In this document: positions 32,315 through 41,438 of the stretch, piece by piece | How positions within the stretch are numbered: position 1 is the first letter of the stretch | Layout of the letters: the number at the start of each line of letters is the position of its first letter | Origin: a virus | Lineage: Duplodnaviria > Heunggongvirae > Uroviricota > Caudoviricetes | IMG/VR virus record: IMGVR_UViG_2861038214_000003 | Location: 1-47,202 of that record | Reading direction: 5' to 3' (one strand) | DNA length: 47,202 nt | The notes under the pieces: generated by a model | What the model saw: the letters and a program-made list of their open reading frames with translations, nothing else | Database searches by the model: none | What the model was told of the DNA's origin: nothing | Position numbers and translations under genes: made by a program

Positions 32315-34144
32315 ATGAGCACTTCCGCATACAAGAGCAAAATTCGAACACTCCAGTGCGCGTTAAAAAACGGTGAATTTGAACCATTCATACAACATAT
32401 CCGTTTTCCATACTTTAAAAATATAGAGCAGAATGCAAGGATCGATTTTCAGTTCCCTATAACGGCTTTAGTAGGAAAAAATGGAACTAATAAAAGTTCT
32501 GTTATCAAAGCGCTATTTGGTTGCCCACATGGTAAAAATATAACTCGTTATTGGTTCACAACTGAAACAGATGAGTTTCCTGACCTAAAACTTGCTGATG
32601 GCAGTTCTCTTAAACCTAGATATATATATGGATATAAAAATGCTGATGGCCGTTTAGTTGAAATACTCCAAGCACGTATCAATGCTACCAAGAAAACAAT
32701 CGATTATTGGGAAACAAGTCGACCATCTGTTGGTGATAACATGGAGAGTATTTCGGATGATCTGGGTGCTAATAGTAATGCAACCAGATGGAAAAAAATC
32801 AAGAAGGGATTGGTTTTCCTAGATTTCAGATCGGAAATAAGTGCATTTGATAGATGTATGTATCACTCTGATTTTAAATTAAGAAAGAAGAAGAGTGGTG
32901 TATTAATTACAAAGCAAGACTATATCAGAAGCAAATCTAAATATATAAAGAAAGCTTTTGATGAAAAGCTAAGTAATTTAAGACTCTGGGGGGCGGAAAC
33001 CATTGTTAAAAATATAACCTTGGCGCCAGAACTAGTTGAGCACGTCTCATTTATATTAGGGAAAAAATATAAAGTCATTAAATTTCTTGAGCATCGGTTA
33101 TTTGGAACCAGAGGAGGAACCGCTTTACTTTCAACTGATAAGTTGAACTATACAGAAGCGTTTGCTGGAAGTGGTGAATTTGCAATAGTTTCACTAATAC
33201 TCAATATTTATTCGGCCAAACCTAATTCATTAATTCTTCTTGACGAACCAGAAGTTTCACTTCACCCTGGTGCACAAAAAAGGATGATGGATGTTCTGTA
33301 CTCTATTGTTGAGCAGAAAAAACATCAAGTGGTAATATCAACCCATTCTCCTGTTATTGTGAACACTCTTCCCAAAGATGCCATTAAATTATTTGTTTTT
33401 GATGAAGAGAGTGAAACAGCTAAAATAGTTCAAAATATAGCACCGGATGAAGCTTTTATAGAGCTAGGGCATGATATTAACAAGAAAACAATAATTGTAG
33501 AAGATAAATTAGCTAAAGCAATTATAGATAAAGCGATTAAAAATGATGAAAGATTAAGCTTATCATTTAGTGTAAGTTATATACCAGGTGGTTCGGAGAC
33601 CATTTTAAGCAAGCATCTTCCCAGTTACGCTGTGGTAGAACGCAATGATATTTTGTTTTTACTTGATGGTGATAAAAACAAAAAAATAAAACCAGTAAGA
33701 ATTAGTGAAATTGCTGATGCTGATTTAGTTAATACAATGTGCAAATATTATGGTTGCGAGTTAATTATCAATGCCAGTGGTAGTAATGGCAAAAAAAATG
33801 AACAAGAATCTAATAGACTCAAAAGGCAAGTGCTTGAGTATGCATTCAATAAAGTGCAGTATTTACCATTTGATACTCCCGAACAATTACTCATTGAAAA
33901 GGCAATTACGCCAAGTGAAAAAGAAATAATTGATTCACAGACCTGGAGTTCTAATGATCCAGAACTGTATAAGAATCAAATAAGATTATTAGCGCAACAC
34001 CTGTATGATAAAGAAGAAGTAAATGCAGAGGAAATTTTTTGCCTCCAACAAATGATGACCGCAAGACTTAAAAATGAATTGCCTGAATTTATAAAAATAA
34101 GAAAAATAATTACTCAGGCTCTTGACCGTGGTATCATTAGGTAG
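32315..34144 (+). CDS. OLD-family ABC-ATPase/TOPRIM nuclease (class 1 OLD-like, or a fused PARIS-like AriA-AriB)
   Basis: Deviant Walker A LVGKNGTNKSS, Walker B with LHP (LILLDEPEVSLHPGA), H-loop VISTHSP, then TOPRIM-like Glu (TIIVEDKLAKA) and DxD (LFLLDGDKNKK); 609 aa, AT-rich. Confidence 0.75.
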   Translation: MSTSAYKSKIRTLQCALKNGEFEPFIQHIRFPYFKNIEQNARIDFQFPITALVGKNGTNKSSVIKALFGCPHGKNITRYWFTTETDEFPDLKLADGSSLKPRYIYGYKNADGRLVEILQARINATKKTIDYWETSRPSVGDNMESISDDLGANSNATRWKKIKKGLVFLDFRSEISAFDRCMYHSDFKLRKKKSGVLITKQDYIRSKSKYIKKAFDEKLSNLRLWGAETIVKNITLAPELVEHVSFILGKKYKVIKFLEHRLFGTRGGTALLSTDKLNYTEAFAGSGEFAIVSLILNIYSAKPNSLILLDEPEVSLHPGAQKRMMDVLYSIVEQKKHQVVISTHSPVIVNTLPKDAIKLFVFDEESETAKIVQNIAPDEAFIELGHDINKKTIIVEDKLAKAIIDKAIKNDERLSLSFSVSYIPGGSETILSKHLPSYAVVERNDILFLLDGDKNKKIKPVRISEIADADLVNTMCKYYGCELIINASGSNGKKNEQESNRLKRQVLEYAFNKVQYLPFDTPEQLLIEKAITPSEKEIIDSQTWSSNDPELYKNQIRLLAQHLYDKEEVNAEEIFCLQQMMTARLKNELPEFIKIRKIITQALDRGIIR

Positions 34145-34167
34145 TGATTCTGGATGCAGAGGGAAAA

Positions 34168-35208
34168 ATGAAAAAAATCAAAGTGTTTGACTTCTTTTCC
34201 GGTTGTGGTGGAACCAGCCAAGGTTTCCATCAAGCTGGAATGGATATTGTTTTTGGCCTCGATTTCGACGTTGATGCAGCCAGTTCATTTCGTGCAAATT
34301 TCCCGCAGGCTGCTTTTATTAACTCGGACATTAGGTTAATCGACAACAATGCCATAAACAAGTTAGTAAAAAAACATCGTAATGATTACATTCTTTTTTC
34401 AGGATGTGCGCCTTGTCAACCGTACTCTAAGCAAAACTCAAATAAGAAAAATGATGATCCACGATTAGATCTATTAAAGGAATTCAGTCGCTTTGTAGAG
34501 CATTATATGCCTGATTTTATTTTTGTTGAAAACGTGCCAGGAATGCAAAAGTTTAACAAAAATGAAGGAACATTCATGATGTTTTTAGAAATGCTTTCAT
34601 CAAAGGGATATAGTGTAGATTATAAAGTAATGCCAGCTGCGTGGTACGGTGTACCACAGACGCGAGAAAGATTAGTGCTCATTGCATCCAAGGATTTTTA
34701 TGTCGCATTGCCTTCTCCTACACATGGGGTTGGAAATACTCCCTATTCAACAGTAAAGGACTGGATCGCTAATTTACCGAAGATAGAAGCAGGAGAAAAG
34801 CATAATAGTATTCCTGATCATGAAGCTGCACGCTTATCAGAGCTTAATTTACGTAGAATAAAATGCACTCCTGAAGGTGGAAGTCGAGAATTTTGGCCAG
34901 ATGAATTGATTTTAGAATGCCATCGTAACCATAAAGGGCATACAGACGTATATGGACGTTTGAGTTGGGACAAACCAGCCAGCGGACTAACAACTCGTTG
35001 TATTAGCTATTCAAATGGACGTTTTGGACATCCAACACAAAATCGAGCAATATCGGTTCGTGAAGCAGCGTGTCTACAAACATTTCCTTTGGATTATAAA
35101 TTTATTGGTTCTTTGCAATCTCGGGCTCGTCAAATAGGAAATGCGGTCCCTCCGAAGATGTCTGAAACGATTGGAAAACATTTGCTTAATATAATCAAAG
35201 CCTCCTAG
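34168..35208 (+). CDS. DNA (cytosine-5)-methyltransferase (Dcm-type)
   Basis: Motif I FDFFSGCGG, motif IV GCAPCQPYS, motif VI FVENVPG, motif VIII QTRERL, motif X GNAVPP; GAGGG RBS before the ATG at 34168 (the ORF track start at 34144 is GTG). Confidence 0.95.
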   Translation: MKKIKVFDFFSGCGGTSQGFHQAGMDIVFGLDFDVDAASSFRANFPQAAFINSDIRLIDNNAINKLVKKHRNDYILFSGCAPCQPYSKQNSNKKNDDPRLDLLKEFSRFVEHYMPDFIFVENVPGMQKFNKNEGTFMMFLEMLSSKGYSVDYKVMPAAWYGVPQTRERLVLIASKDFYVALPSPTHGVGNTPYSTVKDWIANLPKIEAGEKHNSIPDHEAARLSELNLRRIKCTPEGGSREFWPDELILECHRNHKGHTDVYGRLSWDKPASGLTTRCISYSNGRFGHPTQNRAISVREAACLQTFPLDYKFIGSLQSRARQIGNAVPPKMSETIGKHLLNIIKAS

Positions 35209-35228
35209 GAGGCTTTATTTTATTGTTA
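35197..35228. terminator. Bidirectional intrinsic terminator at the convergent junction
   Basis: Perfect palindrome gcctcctaggaggc flanked by A-run on the 5' side and TTTATTTTATT on the 3' side; overlaps the methyltransferase stop codon. Confidence 0.65.
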
Positions 35229-35241
35229 TCCCCCCTAGTAG

Positions 35242-35688
35242 TTAATCGTGCTCACCAGACAACCTCCTGAAATTACTCTGGTAAAATGCCAGTACACGCT
35301 GCATAACTTCGCTTTTCCGGCACTCGCGACAGATTATATTCAGGCGCCTGTCGTAGCGGCGTATTTCTCCGTCTGGTAATGACCAGATAAGGTCAGGATC
35401 AACCACAACCGTTTTTTTCACCTTTGCCCTGGATAGTTTTTTGCGGGCGTTTTGCCAGTCCTTACGAGCCTGCTCAGACGGGAATAATCCGTAGCCTGAA
35501 TTGTAAACATCACCACTGGCGACCAGTTCTCTGGCGAGAGTGCTTATGTAATACCTTGATGCACCGGTTTTAGCCTCCAGAGCCCGTAACGTCTCGCGAC
35601 CGCTCAGACGTACAAGTTCAACAACCTGCCCTTTAATTTTTTCCCGCTCTTCTGGTGTAAATACTTTTGCCATAGGTGCCTCCGGCAA
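35242..35688 (-). CDS. Hypothetical phage protein, last gene of the rightward early operon
   Basis: 148-aa ORF abutting the upstream gene. Confidence 0.5.
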   Translation of the reverse strand: MPEAPMAKVFTPEEREKIKGQVVELVRLSGRETLRALEAKTGASRYYISTLARELVASGDVYNSGYGLFPSEQARKDWQNARKKLSRAKVKKTVVVDPDLIWSLPDGEIRRYDRRLNIICRECRKSEVMQRVLAFYQSNFRRLSGEHD

Positions 35689-36501
35689 TCACTTTTCCGA
35701 CACAATACGACTGGAGGAATCGAAAATCTGTCGAACAATATCCCGGTGCTTGTTCAGCTCCCGCAGCGCGGCGCAGACTCGCTCCCACTTCTGGACATGA
35801 TTTTTCGCCCGACGCAGTTCACGGTTTGCCATATGCAGCGATGGTAAAATCAGGTTATCCGCTTGCGTTTCAGTAAACGATGGCAACGACTGCACAATGT
35901 CCGCCACAGTTTCTGTTTTAATATCTTCCTGTGTTGCAGCTTCCTGTACTGGTAACGCAACACCGGCTAGCTGAGGAAAGGCTTTACCATCTGTTTCCGC
36001 TACCGATGCAGCTTTCGGCTCTGCTGGTAAATTACCGCCCGGCATGCAGTAACGAAATTTACCGTTCTGATTAACGCGAATCAGACGAGCTTTGCTGATT
36101 GCCATTGCCAGCGTTGAAGCCACTTTGCGGGATGTGGTACCGAACAACGTAGCCAGTTCATCCGCAGTTAGTGGACCACGTTGTTCAATCGTCGCAGTTA
36201 AATCGCTCTCTGAAATTTTCGCGACTGTTGCCGTGGTAGTTTCTTCCGGCAGTTCTGCCGGCGCTGGCTGTTCCTGCTGAACGTTGTTATCAGCCACACG
36301 CCAGGTGTACGCGCTTTTATCAACGAAACCAGCCTTTTTCAGTTCCCATAGTTCGTTCAGCACTTCTTCACGGCTGATATCAAGTCGCGCAGCAAGTTCT
36401 ATGGATGTGGCTTTTCCCATTGCTTTCAGTGCGTCAAAAACAGTCTCCATTAAATTTTTCTCCCGGTAAAAATTACTTCGCAATTCCTGGCTGGACGACA
36501 T
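35689..36501 (-). CDS. Hypothetical protein with two winged-helix-like segments
   Basis: 270-aa ORF; may start at the internal Met near 36450. Confidence 0.5.
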   Translation of the reverse strand: MSSSQELRSNFYREKNLMETVFDALKAMGKATSIELAARLDISREEVLNELWELKKAGFVDKSAYTWRVADNNVQQEQPAPAELPEETTTATVAKISESDLTATIEQRGPLTADELATLFGTTSRKVASTLAMAISKARLIRVNQNGKFRYCMPGGNLPAEPKAASVAETDGKAFPQLAGVALPVQEAATQEDIKTETVADIVQSLPSFTETQADNLILPSLHMANRELRRAKNHVQKWERVCAALRELNKHRDIVRQIFDSSSRIVSEK

Positions 36502-37219
36502 TCGGACGCCAGCTCTCCCAGTTAAAATTCACCCATCGCCCGCCGTTCATGGTCATGCGATCCATAATCCTCTCGCCGAGCAATGTTTTCATGGCCTCAT
36601 AATTCAGGTTTGTCAGCATCCCCACGCTGCGCATCGACGCTGTCCGGCGATCAACAATCTGGTGCAGCACCACCTGCTCGTTTTTTGTCTCGCGCTGAAT
36701 GCCAATTTCATCAAGAACCAGCAGATCCACTTGGCACAGTTCCCGCAAAAATTTTTCGCCTGATTGCCCGTCGTCATAGCTGGCGTGTAGGGCACTCATG
36801 ACATCAGCCACGGTAACCACAATCACTGTCTGGCCATCTTTCAGCAGGCGATTCCCGATAGCCGCCGCCAGATGGTTTTTTCCGGTACCAGGTTTTCCGC
36901 TGAACGCAAAATTTGTACACCCGGTCATCAGTTCATCAGCGATGGATTTCGCCTGACTCAACGCGTATCGCTGCCCTTCGTTCTGCACCTGGTAATTCGA
37001 AAACGAGCATTTGCGGTGCAATGGCTGGATGCCAGAGCGATTAAGAATTTTTTCCACCCGCAACTGACGATTCTGACGGTTGATCTCCTCACAACGTTTC
37101 TGGCCTTCGGAAAGTTGCCACTCGCGCCACTCCGCTACCGTCTTGAATGGCGCGGTTACATGTGACGGGGCCAGTCTGCGGATACGTTCAAGAACATCGC
37201 CTGTCGCAATATTTTTCAT
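36473..37219 (-). CDS. ydaV: DnaC/IstB-like AAA+ helicase loader (YdaV-like)
   Basis: Walker [16 protein letters not shown], Walker [11 protein letters not shown]. Confidence 0.85.
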   Translation of the reverse strand: MKNIATGDVLERIRRLAPSHVTAPFKTVAEWREWQLSEGQKRCEEINRQNRQLRVEKILNRSGIQPLHRKCSFSNYQVQNEGQRYALSQAKSIADELMTGCTNFAFSGKPGTGKNHLAAAIGNRLLKDGQTVIVVTVADVMSALHASYDDGQSGEKFLRELCQVDLLVLDEIGIQRETKNEQVVLHQIVDRRTASMRSVGMLTNLNYEAMKTLLGERIMDRMTMNGGRWVNFNWESWRPNVVQPGIAK

Positions 37220-37225
37220 GGTCAG

Positions 37226-38083
37226 TTACCCCCTGAAGCCTGGCGGGATCGCACTATCCGGTAACGAGACGGTGTTAACCTGTCGGAGTAACGTCTCAGG
37301 TCGAACACCTTTCGGCGCGAACAAGCCCTGGTATTCATTGGCGATGCTGTGTCGAATCACCTGCTCAGGTGAAAAACCCTGCTGGCGGAATTTTTCCAGC
37401 TCCCGTATCGCCCCGTTAGCGCCCTGCTCCGTTCGAATCGGTTTTCGCAATGCCTGGCGAAATTCAACCCACTCACGCCAAAGCGAGACAGAAATCCAGT
37501 TCGGCAAAGCAATATCCAGAGGGTCAAACTTTTTGACACCTCGATTCCCCCGGGGGGGATTTAGGGGGGGATCTGTTTTTAGATCTTTATCTGTATCTTT
37601 ATTAGTTGCCTTTGTGTTGACATCATGTTCAAACACCACTTCAACATCTGTTTGAACACCTGTTAAATTTCTCTCTTGTTTTGTTTGAACATCTGCTTCC
37701 TTTCTGCTTCTTCTGGCCTGAACAGATGCTTTTCCTGCGGCTGATTTTTTGGTTAATTTTTCCCTGACTGATGCCAGATCTTCCTCAATCCGAAGATGCA
37801 CCCATTCCTCGCCGTTATCGCAAAAAAACTCCTGCAAGGATGGTTCAACATCAGCCCATCGCTCGTTAGTCAGACGGGCAATTTTTGCCAGCCTGTTTTT
37901 AGGTATTGGCTTTCCTGTTTGCCAGTAATTGAACATCAGCAACAAATACGCACCATGCTCCTCTGCTGACAAATGCATGGTGTCAGCCAGGTAATCAGCT
38001 ATGTACAGTTGCATGTATGGTAATGCGGCCATAATTGCCCCGTATGATGCTGCCCGGTGGCTTAGAATAAGCACAAACAGCAT
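37226..38083 (-). CDS. ydaU: Replication initiation protein (YdaU-like, lambda O-analogous position)
   Basis: 285 aa, the same length as K-12 YdaU as I recall it; low-complexity linker encoded over the repeat-rich DNA segment. Confidence 0.75.
   Translation of the reverse strand: MLFVLILSHRAASYGAIMAALPYMQLYIADYLADTMHLSAEEHGAYLLLMFNYWQTGKPIPKNRLAKIARLTNERWADVEPSLQEFFCDNGEEWVHLRIEEDLASVREKLTKKSAAGKASVQARRSRKEADVQTKQERNLTGVQTDVEVVFEHDVNTKATNKDTDKDLKTDPPLNPPRGNRGVKKFDPLDIALPNWISVSLWREWVEFRQALRKPIRTEQGANGAIRELEKFRQQGFSPEQVIRHSIANEYQGLFAPKGVRPETLLRQVNTVSLPDSAIPPGFRG
37523..37694. promoter_or_regulatory. Candidate origin of replication inside the ydaU-like ORF
   Basis: Palindrome GTCAAActtttTTTGAC, C5G7 and G7 tracts, two GATC sites, AT-rich TATCTG/TATCTT repeats and three iteron-like TGTTCAAACACC / TGTTTGAACACC / TGTTTGAACATC copies. 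Confidence 0.4.
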
Positions 38084-38095
38084 GGAAACTTTTGC

Positions 38096-38518
38096 TTAAT
38101 GAACAATGACAGAATCGTCGGAAGAACCGCCGCCGCTGAAATGCGCTTTCCGGTAAACGGCTTGGACTGCATCATCATGCGCATCAATTGCCGTACTTAA
38201 CGCTTCCTGCGCCGCCAGTAATGCACGGCGTTCCAGGGTATCGAAGATGCAGAGTCGGTGACGCAGCTCGCGCGGAAGGATTGCCAGAATTGCTGGGATC
38301 AGCTTCTGAATTTTTTCTCTTTGCGTTTTCGTTTCACCTTTCAACCAACGGTGATAGATATTCTTCTGATTGTTCCAGTCCTTGCCTGGAACCAGGGGCA
38401 ATTCGCCGCCCCCCTGGCGCAGATATTCTTCAGTAATTGCATTGGCTACCCATGCCTGCCCTTTTTCGGCTGCTAGGGCAAACAACACTGATTCGATGTG
38501 CTCATGCTTGATTTTCAT
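38096..38518 (-). CDS. ydaT: YdaT-like early protein
   Basis: 140 aa, the same length as K-12 YdaT as I recall it; follows the cro-like gene. Confidence 0.7.
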   Translation of the reverse strand: MKIKHEHIESVLFALAAEKGQAWVANAITEEYLRQGGGELPLVPGKDWNNQKNIYHRWLKGETKTQREKIQKLIPAILAILPRELRHRLCIFDTLERRALLAAQEALSTAIDAHDDAVQAVYRKAHFSGGGSSDDSVIVH

Positions 38519-38540
38519 GAATCATTTGCCTCTTGATGTT

Positions 38541-38837
38541 TCAGGTATGATCAAATGAGGATTTGTTACTGTCATTTAGTTGCTTCACTGACATATTCTG
38601 CGAACAACATGCCGAACGTCGTAAATATGACCAGTCAATATCAGGACGAAGTTCTTCGCACAGAACCTCACCTCTTGTTGCACGTTCAATTGCTGGACAT
38701 CTCTCGGCAGGCAATTGACGTACCCCTTTGATCCATTGATTTACGCTTGGAGGTGATACACCTAAAAGCCTAGCCATTGCTGATTGCCCACCGACAACAG
38801 CACAAGCTTGCTTGAATGAATAGTTCTCTTTTTTCAT
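38541..38837 (-). CDS. ydaS: Cro-like HTH regulator (YdaS-like)
   Basis: 98 aa, HTH ..FKQACAVVGGQSAMARLLGVSPPSVNQW..; divergent from the repressor gene. Confidence 0.8.
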   Translation of the reverse strand: MKKENYSFKQACAVVGGQSAMARLLGVSPPSVNQWIKGVRQLPAERCPAIERATRGEVLCEELRPDIDWSYLRRSACCSQNMSVKQLNDSNKSSFDHT

Positions 38838-38863
38838 CGAATGAACTCCAAAAACACACAGAA

Positions 38864-38893
38864 ATATTAGGCGACGCCTAACGCAATTGTCAA
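38864..38893 (-). promoter_or_regulatory. pR-like sigma70 promoter (TTGACA, 18-nt spacer, TAATAT) with operator palindrome TTAGGCGACGCCTAA (38867-38881) in the spacer/-10
   Basis: Read on the minus strand about 25 nt upstream of the GGAG RBS of the cro-like gene. Confidence 0.55.
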
Positions 38894-38960
38894 TAGGCTG
38901 TGCCTAATGCGGTAAGGGTAGGGATTGCCTAATGTAATGCGCATAGGAGAATATTAAGCA

Positions 38961-39437
38961 ATGCTTAGTGGTAAAGACTTAGGCCGAGCGATAGAGCAGG
39001 CCATTAACAAAAAAATCGCATCGGGATCCGTCAAATCAAAGGCGGAGGTCGCACGCCACTTCAAAGTCCAACCACCATCAATTTATGACTGGATTAAGAA
39101 AGGCTCTATAAGTAAAGATAAACTTCCAGAATTATGGCGTTTCTTTTCTGATGTTGTTGGTCCAGAGCATTGGGGGCTTAACGAATACCCCATACCAACC
39201 CCCACCAATTCAGATACAAAAAGTGAACTTTTAGATATAAACAACCTTTATCAAGCAGCCTCTGATGAAATAAGAGCGATTGTAGCTTTCCTGTTATCTG
39301 GAAATGCTACAGAACCAGATTGGGTTGACCACGATGTTCGCGCCTATATAGCAGCGATGGAAATGAAAGTGGGTAAGTATCTGAAAGCTCTAGAATCTGA
39401 ACGGAAAAGCCAGAACATCACAAAAACTGGAACTTAA
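38961..39437 (+). CDS. racR: Prophage repressor (RacR-like)
   Basis: 158 aa with HTH and AGGAGA RBS; lies between the divergent promoters. Confidence 0.8.
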   Translation: MLSGKDLGRAIEQAINKKIASGSVKSKAEVARHFKVQPPSIYDWIKKGSISKDKLPELWRFFSDVVGPEHWGLNEYPIPTPTNSDTKSELLDINNLYQAASDEIRAIVAFLLSGNATEPDWVDHDVRAYIAAMEMKVGKYLKALESERKSQNITKTGT

Positions 39438-39547
39438 ACTTATATGGTCTGACGGAAAACTCCTGGATTCCGTTATTTAACCCCCCCATCACTTTCTGCT
39501 GTCGCCATCACCTATTAGGTTACGCTCAAAACATTAGGCATAGCCTA

Positions 39548-39576
39548 TTGACAATCAATTAGGCATTACCTATAGT
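39548..39576 (+). promoter_or_regulatory. pL-like sigma70 promoter (TTGACA, 17-nt spacer, TATAGT) flanked by ATTAGGCAT operator-like motifs
   Basis: Near-consensus hexamers read directly; points into the ydaG/ydaF-kilR-recET operon. Confidence 0.55.
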
Positions 39577-39745
39577 TCCAGCATACCACCCACCCCGCCC
39601 CACAGAACGCCGGGCAATACTTCGAGTTACCAGGCAGTGGTAAGGGGTTAAGTAGCCAGCCCGAGGCGTATGAACATGACGGCGGGATTCAAATTTTGCA
39701 GTGCAGCAGTTAGTTCCGCCACCCGGCGTTAAGGGGAGAGATAAG

Positions 39746-39880
39746 ATGGTGCATTACGAAGTAGTTCAGTATTTGATGGATTGTTGCGGTATCACTTACA
39801 ACCAGGCTGTGCAGGCTTTACGCAGCAACGACTGGGATCTCTGGCAGGCAGAAGTCGCTATACGTAGCAACAAGATGTGA
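39746..39880 (+). CDS. Small early protein (YdaG-like, 44 aa)
   Basis: AAGGGGAGAG RBS; MVHYEVVQYLMDCCGITYNQAVQALRSNDWDLWQAEVAIRSNKM*. Confidence 0.6.
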   Translation: MVHYEVVQYLMDCCGITYNQAVQALRSNDWDLWQAEVAIRSNKM

Positions 39881-39890
39881 GATTCGCAAA

Positions 39891-40046
39891 ATGCAAAAAA
39901 TCGACCTCGGCAACAACGAATCCCTGGTGTGCGGCGTGTTCCCCAACCAGGATGGAACGTTCACTGCCATGACGTATACCAAAAGCAAAACATTTAAAAC
40001 CGAAACTGGTGCGCGCCGATGGTTGGAGAAGCACACAGTAAGCTAA
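39891..40046 (+). CDS. Small early protein (YdaF-like, 51 aa)
   Basis: MQKIDLGNNESLVCGVFPNQDGTFTAMTYTKSKTFKTETGARRWLEKHTVS*. Confidence 0.6.
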   Translation: MQKIDLGNNESLVCGVFPNQDGTFTAMTYTKSKTFKTETGARRWLEKHTVS

Positions 40047-40531
40047 CGATTAAAACGTCTACTCCTGCTGTTCCAGAATAACTTCATAAAATGGGAGTAT
40101 TTTTCGGTGACGAGATAATAAGAACAGTTTGCGCTATCACTCTGATGTTGAATGATGCCCTTCCGTTCTAATTTTTTCATAACCGGGTTACGGCAAGGAG
40201 AAGTGATAATAAGATTTCCTGTTTTAAGGAAATCTTTAAATACAGCGATTTCTTTCTCAGATAAACGAAGCAATACTCGTTGCTCTGGTAGTAATGAATA
40301 ATGCTTTTGAATATGTGCTCGCAATCTTGAGAAGGAAATGGCGACCACGAAAGAAAAGGCAAAAACGATAATCTGAAAGAGCCAAGGTATTTCAGTATAA
40401 GCATTGAATGCGGCAGTAAACTCTTTCGGTATCAGCCAGAGAGTGAGACCAAAAATGATAATCGTATACATAAGTCTTTCGAGTGGCTCGTTAGCAAAAA
40501 GTTTCAACAATGGAGTAAATACATCCAACAT
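40043..40531 (-). CDS. sieB: Superinfection exclusion protein B
   Basis: From MLDVFTPLLKLFANEPLERLMYTIIIFGLTLWL.. (162 aa) it matches K-12 SieB as I recall it; the ORF track extends 41 codons further upstream. Confidence 0.85.
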   Translation of the reverse strand: MLDVFTPLLKLFANEPLERLMYTIIIFGLTLWLIPKEFTAAFNAYTEIPWLFQIIVFAFSFVVAISFSRLRAHIQKHYSLLPEQRVLLRLSEKEIAVFKDFLKTGNLIITSPCRNPVMKKLERKGIIQHQSDSANCSYYLVTEKYSHFMKLFWNSRSRRFNR

Positions 40532-40972
40532 ATCAATAACTCTCAACTGTAAGGGTATTGAAATGTTAACACAAGCTCTCGCTGTAGGGGTATAGCCGAG
40601 ACCACCGAAGCCCGGAGGTGGTGAAATAAAACCGGGCACAACACGAAGGCGCATTTCCGATATCCATAAAGAGTCGGTCTTGTCTGTTAAATTTAAATGG
40701 TGGGAGTGCGCCTCCGGTTGTAAATAACGACATTGCTGTGTGTAGTCCTGGCGGCATCAGTTTTTTTCTTGAAGTTCGGCTGATGTCCGCCCTTTTTAAA
40801 GTGAATTTTGTGATGCGGTGAATGCGGCTAAGCGCACGTGGCACAGTTAAAAGTCATGTTAGTCCTTATTGGTTTGGGTGGGAAAGCCGACTGTAATTGT
40901 TAACTGGTTGCAGTCACCTGGAGGCACCAGGCACCGCATCAACAAAGTTCATTTGTAAAAATGGAGATAATT

Positions 40973-41194
40973 ATGATTGCACATCACTTCGGAACTGATG
41001 AAATACCACGTCAGTGTGTGACTCCTGGCGATTATGTTCTTCATGAAGGCCGGACATATATTGCCTCGGCAAACAATATTAAAAAGCGAAAACTATATAT
41101 TCGTAACCTGACCACAAAAACATGCATTACTGACCGCATGATTAAAGTCTTCCTCGGTCGTGATGGTTTACCTGTAAAGGCGGAGTCATGGTGA
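40973..41194 (+). CDS. kilR: KilR, FtsZ-targeting cell division inhibitor
   Basis: GGAGA RBS; [40 protein letters not shown].. (73 aa) matches K-12 KilR as I recall it. Confidence 0.85.
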   Translation: MIAHHFGTDEIPRQCVTPGDYVLHEGRTYIASANNIKKRKLYIRNLTTKTCITDRMIKVFLGRDGLPVKAESW

Positions 41195-41364
41195 TGACTA
41201 AGAAAATAAAATGTGCTTACCACCTTTGCAAAAAAGACGTTGAAGAAAGCAAAGCTATTGAAAGAATGCTTCACTTCATGCACGGGATTTTATCAAAAGA
41301 CGAACCGAGAAAATATTGCAGTGAAGCTTGTGCCGAAAAAGACCAGATGGCACATGAACTTTAA
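41194..41364 (+). CDS. ydaE: YdaE-like Cys-rich small metal-binding protein (56 aa)
   Basis: TGATG overlap with the kilR stop; [56 protein letters not shown]. Confidence 0.7.
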   Translation: MTKKIKCAYHLCKKDVEESKAIERMLHFMHGILSKDEPRKYCSEACAEKDQMAHEL

Positions 41365-41438
41365 TTAATTGACTATTCGAAACTGAATTTATGCCAGAAA
41401 TGGCAGGTATTCGCTCAACCTTAATTAAGGAGAAAAAC

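Noticed and set aside
34144-34167. GTG start for the methyltransferase overlapping the OLD-like stop (ORF track start)
   Set aside because: The ATG at 34168 is preceded by a GAGGG RBS at proper spacing and gives the typical MKKIKVFDFFSGCGG N-terminus; the GTG extension adds eight residues with no RBS.
39818-40036. 72-aa minus-strand ORF across the ydaG/ydaF-like region
   Set aside because: The two plus-strand small genes have good RBSs and fit the early-left operon; the minus-strand ORF lacks start context.
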